DNA from: a virus
IMG/VR virus record: IMGVR_UViG_3300021962_000058
Span: 1-64,000 of that record
Length of the DNA stretch: 64,000 nucleotides
Strand: one strand, 5' to 3'
Below, in pieces: positions 57,521 to 64,000 of the stretch. Numbering within the stretch: the first letter of the stretch is position 1; every line of letters begins with the position of its first letter. Made by a program: the position numbers and the translations under genes. The notes under the pieces were generated by a model. That model saw nothing but the letters and a program-made list of their open reading frames with translations. It was not told the origin of the DNA and searched no databases.

Positions 57521-58947
57521 TGGCACTTAATCCATTTTTCCTACAAGGAACATCATCTGAACAGAGATTGATTCAGGACTTAATAAATGAGCATCTTAGG
57601 ATGTATGGTGTTGAAGTCATTTATATACCAAGAAAATTTGTAAATAGAAAAACTATCATAGAAGAAGTTCAATCTTCAAGATTTGATGATAATTTTGCGA
57701 TTGAAGCATATGTAAATACTTACGATGGTTATTCTGGTGCGGGAGATATTTTAACAAAATTTGGAATGAGTCTTAGAGATGAATTATTGATTACAATATC
57801 AAAAGAAAGATTTGAAGATTTTATCGCTCCATTTATGGGAGCATTAGATGATGGAAGTGGTGAAGGTGAAATTATATTATCTACTCGCCCAAGAGAGGGG
57901 GACTTAATTTACTTTCCACTTGGAGAAAGAATTTTTGAAGTTAAGTTTGTTGAACATGAAAATCCTTTTTATCAACTAGGTAAAAATTATGTTTATGAAT
58001 TGAAGTGTGAACTATTTGAATATGAGGATGAAATTATTGATACTTCTATTGAAGAAGTAGATACACAAGTTGAAAATGAAGGATATATTACTACACTAAA
58101 ACTGATTGGTGTTGGTAGAACTGCAACAGCATCTGCCACAATTGGTAGTGGATATGTTAGGGAAATTTTCCTTAATAATGATGGATATGGATATACTTCC
58201 ACACCTGTAGTTGCTATAAGTAGTTCTCCCACTGGACAACCAGGAGATAATGCAACAGCGGTTGCACTAATGTCAGTTAGAAATGGAATTAGATCTGTTG
58301 ATAGAATTTATTTGACTAATGCAGGTGCTGGATATAGCACTCCACCAACTATAAGAATTACTGGTGGTGGTGGAGCAGGTGCTGCTGCTACTTGTTCAAT
58401 CGAAACTTCATATAATGGTGTAGTTAGATTTATTGTTAATGATAATGGTGTTGGATATGGTACTGCCCCCGTCGTTACAGTTTCAGCACCAGGACAAACT
58501 GGAATAGGTAGAACTGCTGTTGGTATTGCCTCTATTGGACTTGTCGGATCTGATAGCGTAGTTCGTTTAGTATACGTTGCAAATCCAGGAATAGGATACA
58601 CTTCAAATCCAACTGTGGTTATTGCAAATCCAGAAACACTTACGGGTATTGGAACTTTCTTATTCAACGAAGTCGTTAGAGGATCTAGATCTCAAATTAG
58701 AGCAAGAGTTAAATCGTGGGATAAAGATACCAACATTCTCAAGGTTGCTAATTTAGGTATTGGAGCAACACAACCATTATTTTTACCAGGCGAAAATATT
58801 ATTGGAACAGAGTCGGGAGCGATATTTACTGTTCAATATTTTGATCAAATGGATACATATGATAAATATAGTCAAAATGATGAGATTGAAGAAGAAGCAG
58901 ATCTCATTTTAGACTTTACAGAATCAAATCCATTTGGTACTTATTAA
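57520..58947 (+). CDS. gp14: neck protein gp14 (with Gly-rich insertion)
   Basis: EQ.L..DL..E, P.EGDLIYFP, FYQLGK, E.NPFG. Confidence 0.92.
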   Translation: MALNPFFLQGTSSEQRLIQDLINEHLRMYGVEVIYIPRKFVNRKTIIEEVQSSRFDDNFAIEAYVNTYDGYSGAGDILTKFGMSLRDELLITISKERFEDFIAPFMGALDDGSGEGEIILSTRPREGDLIYFPLGERIFEVKFVEHENPFYQLGKNYVYELKCELFEYEDEIIDTSIEEVDTQVENEGYITTLKLIGVGRTATASATIGSGYVREIFLNNDGYGYTSTPVVAISSSPTGQPGDNATAVALMSVRNGIRSVDRIYLTNAGAGYSTPPTIRITGGGGAGAAATCSIETSYNGVVRFIVNDNGVGYGTAPVVTVSAPGQTGIGRTAVGIASIGLVGSDSVVRLVYVANPGIGYTSNPTVVIANPETLTGIGTFLFNEVVRGSRSQIRARVKSWDKDTNILKVANLGIGATQPLFLPGENIIGTESGAIFTVQYFDQMDTYDKYSQNDEIEEEADLILDFTESNPFGTY

Positions 58948-59747
58948 TGTTAGGAACGTACTATTATCACGAAATCATAAGAAAGACTATAATAGCTTTC
59001 GGAACATTATTTAACCAAATTCACATTCGCCATACCGATCAAAACGGTAATAGCATAAGTGATATGAGAGTTCCTATCGCTTATGGTCCGAGACAAAAGT
59101 TTCTTGCAAGAATTCAACAGCAACCAGAATTAAATAAAGCGACTCAGATTTCACTGCCAAGAATGTCATTTGAGATGACTTCTATACAATATGATCCAAG
59201 TAGAAAGTCGAGTGTTGTTCAAACTTTCAAGACCTGTGATGTTAATGGTAATGTAAAAAAAGTTTTTATGCCAGTTCCCTATAATATTGGGTTTGAACTT
59301 AATATTTTAACTAAATTAAATGATGATGCTCTACAAATTATTGAGCAAATTTTACCATATTTCCAACCAGGATTTAATGTAACAATAGATATGATTGAAT
59401 CTATTGGTGAGAAAAAAGATGTTCCGATGGTTTTGGAAAGTATAAATTTTCAGGATGATTATGAAGGTGATTTTTCAACAAGAAGAGCGTTAATATATAC
59501 ATTATCATTCACAGCAAAAACATATCTGTTTGGTCCAGTTGCTGATAGTACTGATGGACTAATTCGTAAGATTCAAGTTGATATGTACACCAGTACAGAT
59601 ACAGAAAATGCTAAAAGAGAACTTAGATATACATTACGTCCAATTCCAACTGATGCAGGTCCAGATGATAACTTTGGATTTGACGAAAGATGGGAATTCC
59701 TCGATGATTCGAGAGAATATAGTCCAACACGCAAAATAGATGTTTGA
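58947..59747 (+). CDS. gp15: tail sheath stabilizer/terminator gp15
   Basis: FG.LFN.I, LPRMSF, PVPY, QIIEQILPYFQP. Confidence 0.93.
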   Translation: MLGTYYYHEIIRKTIIAFGTLFNQIHIRHTDQNGNSISDMRVPIAYGPRQKFLARIQQQPELNKATQISLPRMSFEMTSIQYDPSRKSSVVQTFKTCDVNGNVKKVFMPVPYNIGFELNILTKLNDDALQIIEQILPYFQPGFNVTIDMIESIGEKKDVPMVLESINFQDDYEGDFSTRRALIYTLSFTAKTYLFGPVADSTDGLIRKIQVDMYTSTDTENAKRELRYTLRPIPTDAGPDDNFGFDERWEFLDDSREYSPTRKIDV

Positions 59748-59753
59748 TAGATT

Positions 59754-60176
59754 ATGTCAGAAAATTATGATAGTATCGATAACGCTTTAAACATTAAGAG
59801 TGAAATCGTAAACGTAGAGAAAGAAACTCCTATCGTTAAAGTAGAATCTACTAGCGATGGAGATATTAGAAAAGATTATGAGTATACTAGGGCAAACTTA
59901 TATTCTCTTATAGAAAAGGGTCAAGAAGCAATTAATGGAATAATGGAGCTTGCTGCTGAAAGTGATCAACCAAGAGCATATGAAGTTGCGGGTCAATTAA
60001 TTAAAAGTGTTGGAGATGTAACTGATAAACTTATTGATTTACAAAAGAAACTCAAAGATGTTGAAGAAGATGTGGTAAAAACAACAAATAATGTTACTAA
60101 CAATGCGGTGTTTGTTGGTTCAACATCAGAACTGTCTAAACTTCTGAAACAAGGTTTTCTAAATAATAAAGAGTAA
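59754..60176 (+). CDS. gp16: terminase small subunit gp16
   Basis: DYEY.R, PRAYEV, FVGST.EL; position after gp15. Confidence 0.92.
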   Translation: MSENYDSIDNALNIKSEIVNVEKETPIVKVESTSDGDIRKDYEYTRANLYSLIEKGQEAINGIMELAAESDQPRAYEVAGQLIKSVGDVTDKLIDLQKKLKDVEEDVVKTTNNVTNNAVFVGSTSELSKLLKQGFLNNKE

Positions 60177-60189
60177 ACTTTTCAGATGT

Positions 60190-62211
60190 ATGAGTTGGTC
60201 TAATGATTACAAAAAATCAATAGACTGTAAAAATCCAAAGGGTTTTTCTCAAAAGGCACATTGTGCTGCCAGAAAGAAAAGACAAAGAGGCGAAGAGACA
60301 AAATCAATGTCACCATTTAACGAAGACGTGCAAAGTGTAAAGAAGATTAAGTTCTCCAAATTTACACACAAAACTCCCCATCTAAAAGGCGGTCAACACG
60401 TTTTAGATCCAAATGTGGATTTAAAGCAATTAGTTCATCACGCAACTGTTCAGTATCTTGATCGTGATGCTGATGGTGATATTGACATCTATGATGCTTC
60501 TAGTAAAAAAACACCTGATGAAAATGTTATGAGTGCTCCTGGTGAAGCACAAAAGAGATCTTTGAAACTAATTGCAAAGCAAAAAGGTGAAATGCTTCAT
60601 ACAAAAAGAGGCTCAGCATTTGAAGGTGTTGAAATGAGATATTGCAAACTTTGCAGAAAAATGGAAGCAAGAACGGATTGTTCATATGGACCTACAATGT
60701 GGGATAAGTATTCGGTAGCAAAAGTTCATCCAGCCAACGAAGCGAAAGATCACGAGTATTCAATGGCTCGTTCGGAACTCTCTACCATTGTTAATGGTGC
60801 CAAGAGACTTCAGAAAAAAATGAAGAAAGGTGAAGGTGAGATTGAGGCTTGGGTTCAGTCAAAAATCACCAAAGCAGCAGATTATATTGATTCGGCAGCA
60901 GATTATGTTGATAGTGGTGAAATGAATAAGGAAGAAGTTGAAATATTAGAAGGTAAAAGAGACGGTAAATCTGCAAAGGATCCTGGTTATTCATTAAGAG
61001 ATTGGTTTAAAGGTGGTGGATGGGTTCAGGCAGGTGGTAAGTATGATGGTAAACCTTGTGCCAAACAACCAGGTCAAAAAACAAAGCCATTCTGCCGCGA
61101 TGCCGATGATCGTGCTGCAATGAGCAAATCTGAAAGAACAAGAAGAGCAGCAAAAAAGCGTAAAGAAGATCCAAATCCAAATAGAAGTGGAAAAGCAAAA
61201 TTTGTAAGTGCTTCTTATGAACCACAAGGTCAGCAACTTGATGAGTTATGGGGAAAGGTTGCTCTTGGTGCAGGTGCAATGTTTATTCCATATCTTTTGA
61301 AAAAATTTGCAAAACCTGCTGTAGATAAAGTAATTAATGAACCAGCAACTGGATCTGGAACTTTAGTTGATAAATTAAAGCAGAAAAGAGATACTATCAA
61401 TCAGATGAATTCTTATGAATTACAAGGTGAAGTGATTGATGAAGCAGGAAAAAAATGCTGGAAAGGATATAAGAAGGCAGGAACTCAAACACTTTTTGGA
61501 AAAACTTATAATCGCTGCGTAAAGGAAGAAGTTTGTCCCGTTTGTGGATATGATCCCTGCGAATGTTTAGAAGGATCTCTCCAAGAGAAAAAAGATGCTT
61601 GCTATCATAAAGTAAAGTCACGTTATAAAGTTTGGCCAAGTGCATATGCATCTGGTGCATTAGTTAAGTGTCGTAAAGTTGGAGCAGATAGTTGGGGAAC
61701 TAAATCAGAAAGCACTGATGCACTTGGATATGATTGGGATACACCAATTAGAGAAAGACCAGATAGATATTGCCCCAAATGTGAAAAACTAGAACTAAGA
61801 AATGAATGTAAATATGGAACTAGATACTGGGATATGTTTTCACTTCCAGCAGAATTGATCGGATCAAAAAAAGAATATAATATAACTATGCCTTATGCAG
61901 GCAATGTGAAAGAAAAATATCAGTTTTCAAATTGGAGAGAAGAACTTGCAGAGGACTGGCAAAAAGTTAATCGTCAAGACAAAACTGATGGATTAAGTCC
62001 CGCTGCAGTAAAAGCATATCGTCGTGAGAATCCAGGTTCAAAACTTCAAACTGCAGTAACTGAAAAGAAACCAAAAGGTAAGAGAGCAAAGCGTCGTGCA
62101 TCATTCTGCCGCAGAATGAAGGGTATGAAGTCTAAACTGACTTCTGCAAAAACTGCAAGAGATCCAGATTCAAGAATTAACAAAGCACTACGTCGTTGGA
62201 GGTGTAACTAA
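60190..62211 (+). CDS. large modular basic protein (possible head-internal polyprotein)
   Basis: 673 aa of short K/R/C-rich modules. Confidence 0.75.
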   Translation: MSWSNDYKKSIDCKNPKGFSQKAHCAARKKRQRGEETKSMSPFNEDVQSVKKIKFSKFTHKTPHLKGGQHVLDPNVDLKQLVHHATVQYLDRDADGDIDIYDASSKKTPDENVMSAPGEAQKRSLKLIAKQKGEMLHTKRGSAFEGVEMRYCKLCRKMEARTDCSYGPTMWDKYSVAKVHPANEAKDHEYSMARSELSTIVNGAKRLQKKMKKGEGEIEAWVQSKITKAADYIDSAADYVDSGEMNKEEVEILEGKRDGKSAKDPGYSLRDWFKGGGWVQAGGKYDGKPCAKQPGQKTKPFCRDADDRAAMSKSERTRRAAKKRKEDPNPNRSGKAKFVSASYEPQGQQLDELWGKVALGAGAMFIPYLLKKFAKPAVDKVINEPATGSGTLVDKLKQKRDTINQMNSYELQGEVIDEAGKKCWKGYKKAGTQTLFGKTYNRCVKEEVCPVCGYDPCECLEGSLQEKKDACYHKVKSRYKVWPSAYASGALVKCRKVGADSWGTKSESTDALGYDWDTPIRERPDRYCPKCEKLELRNECKYGTRYWDMFSLPAELIGSKKEYNITMPYAGNVKEKYQFSNWREELAEDWQKVNRQDKTDGLSPAAVKAYRRENPGSKLQTAVTEKKPKGKRAKRRASFCRRMKGMKSKLTSAKTARDPDSRINKALRRWRCN

Positions 62212-62528
62212 TGAAATCTTTTAGAGAGTTTCTTTCCGAAAGTGTAAATATAGCAGGTGACTTTAATGGAAACCTTTATATTAATGGTTCTGAACAACAA
62301 TCAGAACCTGTTGGAGAATCTTTCTTTGCTGACGTAGTTTGGGAAGGAAAGATGTATCGTTTAGAAGTTGAAGGTAAGATGATGCATAAAAATGAACTTG
62401 CTGAACAAATTCAAGAAGAATATCCTGGTGCAATTGTTCATAACATTTATCCTTCACAATCACAAAGTTCTTTAAGAATCAAAAATTCACAAAGATATCA
62501 ACCAGAAAGACTGACTTGGACTGATTAA
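62211..62528 (+). CDS. hypothetical protein
   Basis: MKSFREFLSE N-terminus resembling T4-like capsid-targeting leaders. Confidence 0.75.
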   Translation: MKSFREFLSESVNIAGDFNGNLYINGSEQQSEPVGESFFADVVWEGKMYRLEVEGKMMHKNELAEQIQEEYPGAIVHNIYPSQSQSSLRIKNSQRYQPERLTWTD

Positions 62529-62530
62529 TT

Positions 62531-63865
62531 ATGGCACAATGGAATAAGAATACACAGGACTTTCTGAATCAAGAAAGAACTTTATTTGAAGTTAATGGTG
62601 TTGCTACCAGAGACGGAAAAATTGTAGATAAATTTAATCGGTTTCCAGTAGATGTTCTTCCAGCAAATGCAGATGCTTTTGGAAGAACAAGAGTATCAAA
62701 CCCATTAACACTTTTCGATTCATCTCATAGGTACAGAGATAATAACCTGTGGGATAGTTTAATAGTTGGAACTGGTTCTACTGTTGGATTTGCAACTACA
62801 GCAGGTTTGGTTGATATGACTGTTGGTGTTGGAAGCACCGCATCAGTTATCAGAGAAACTACAAAAGTATTTTCATATCAACCAGGAAAATCTCTGTTGA
62901 CTATGAATACTTTTATATTGAATCCACCAAAAGAAAATCTAAGGCAAAGAGTTGGGTATTTTGGTGCCGATAATGGAATATATTTTGAGGTTGATGGTAC
63001 TACAGCATATTTTGTAGAAAGAAGTTTGTCATTAGGAACAGAAACAAGAGTTGCTCAATCAAATTGGAATATTGATAAGTTAGATGGAACAGGTGTTTCT
63101 GGAATTACCTTAGACCTATCCAAAGCACAAATTCTTTGGATGGATATTGAATGGTTAGGACTTGGAAATGTAAGACTTGGATTTATAATTAATGGAAATT
63201 TTATTCACGCACATACTTTCCAACACGCAAATATAATTCAATCAACATATATTACAACAGCATCACTTCCTTTGAGGTATGAAATTAGCAACACTGGAAT
63301 TACAACGAGTACAAGCACACTAAAACAAGTTTGTTCTACAGTAATTTCCGAAGGCGGATACGAACTTCGTGGATTGCAGCAAGCAGTTTCAACACCTATT
63401 ACAGCACCAGTAGATTTGCCAACTCCTGCTGGGACATATTATCCAGTCATTTCCATTAGACTTAAAGCACCAATTAATGGACAACCAGATAGATTAGATG
63501 CAATTGTTATTATGACGGCACTATCAATTATGGGAACTGGAAATGGTCCCCAATATAATTGGCAGGTGAGAGCAAGTGCAACTACATCGGGAGGAACTTG
63601 GGTGAGTGCTGGAACAGACTCTGCGATTGAATATAAAATAGATGGTGGAACCGTTAGTGGTGGAAGAGTCCTAGCATCTGGATTCCTTACGTCGGCAAAC
63701 CAATCATCACAATCAGTAGATATTCTTAAAGAAGCACTCTTCAAGTTTCAGTTAGAAAGAAATGGATTAACTAAAACTCCATATGAACTAACGTTAGTTG
63801 CGGCATCTGATACTGCGGGTGCTGATATTTTTGCTTCATTAGACTGGGAAGAAATTAGTAGGTAA
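62531..63865 (+). CDS. probable virion structural protein (beta-rich)
   Basis: DAFGR.RVS.P.TLFD, YQPGKS, EWLG.G, SEGG. Confidence 0.7.
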   Translation: MAQWNKNTQDFLNQERTLFEVNGVATRDGKIVDKFNRFPVDVLPANADAFGRTRVSNPLTLFDSSHRYRDNNLWDSLIVGTGSTVGFATTAGLVDMTVGVGSTASVIRETTKVFSYQPGKSLLTMNTFILNPPKENLRQRVGYFGADNGIYFEVDGTTAYFVERSLSLGTETRVAQSNWNIDKLDGTGVSGITLDLSKAQILWMDIEWLGLGNVRLGFIINGNFIHAHTFQHANIIQSTYITTASLPLRYEISNTGITTSTSTLKQVCSTVISEGGYELRGLQQAVSTPITAPVDLPTPAGTYYPVISIRLKAPINGQPDRLDAIVIMTALSIMGTGNGPQYNWQVRASATTSGGTWVSAGTDSAIEYKIDGGTVSGGRVLASGFLTSANQSSQSVDILKEALFKFQLERNGLTKTPYELTLVAASDTAGADIFASLDWEEISR

Positions 63866-63871
63866 TTAATT

Positions 63872-63895
63872 ATGAGTGAAGTTTATCTTGTATAA
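63872..63895 (+). pseudogene. truncated 5' end of terminase large subunit gp17 (MSEVYL, then insertion)
   Basis: Expected gp17 position; cyanophage gp17 N-termini read M..(V/I)YLGNPNL; sequence switches to TATAAATA after CTT-G. Confidence 0.5.
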
Positions 63896-63920
63896 ATATT
63901 TTTTAGATTGGGATTGAAAT

Positions 63921-64000
63921 GTGTCTGCTATTATTAAAGTTCCAAGAGAAAGATTAAGTCCTAAAACAGTAAGAAATATTGCTCGCAAAAATTGGGGATT
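63921..64000 (+). CDS. partial ORF after late promoter, probably an inserted endonuclease
   Basis: TATAAATA 63891-63898; GTG-initiated open frame VSAIIKVPRERLSPKTVRNIARKNWG to window end. Confidence 0.4.
   Translation, partial: MSAIIKVPRERLSPKTVRNIARKNWG

Noticed and set aside
32205-58947. GxGY/PxV repeats in gp7-like, VrlC-like and gp14 proteins as novel
   Set aside because: Typical of cyanomyovirus structural proteins
1-64000. tRNA/rRNA genes, integrase, reverse transcriptase
   Set aside because: None recognised by eye; tRNAscan-SE and HMM searches would be needed to exclude them formally

Overview
Segment of a T4-like cyanomyovirus genome (Kyanoviridae-type). Evidence: a phage-type CP12 gene, the gp25-gp6-gp7-gp8...gp13-gp14-gp15-gp16 order and TATAAATA late promoters. 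The right part (about 27.0-64.0 kb) is a conventional AT-rich core/structural block: glycosyltransferase-like gene, speD, baseplate, giant virion proteins, neck, gp15, small terminase, and what looks like the start of gp17 cut by an insertion. The left part (1-26.9 kb) is an accessory/early region of roughly 100 mostly tiny + strand ORFs. It includes three GIY-YIG endonucleases, a nuclease-methyltransferase pair, RlpA, an ArdA-like protein and a ligase-like protein. The most striking unannotated structure is a 24-bp imperfect palindrome (TGTG[AC]CA[GC]TT-N4-AA[CG]TGGCACA). I found it 24 times by eye, always 29-31 nt upstream of a -10 hexamer and often hidden inside the end of the preceding gene. 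It organises a one-gene-one-promoter cassette array that grows steadily more GC-rich up to an abrupt boundary at about 26.93 kb. Two boxes fire in both directions and drive two homologous leftward non-coding transcripts. Next to them lies a CTCGACGAG iteron-like array beside an AT-rich tract, a candidate replication origin. All family calls come from visual motif recognition, not database searches.
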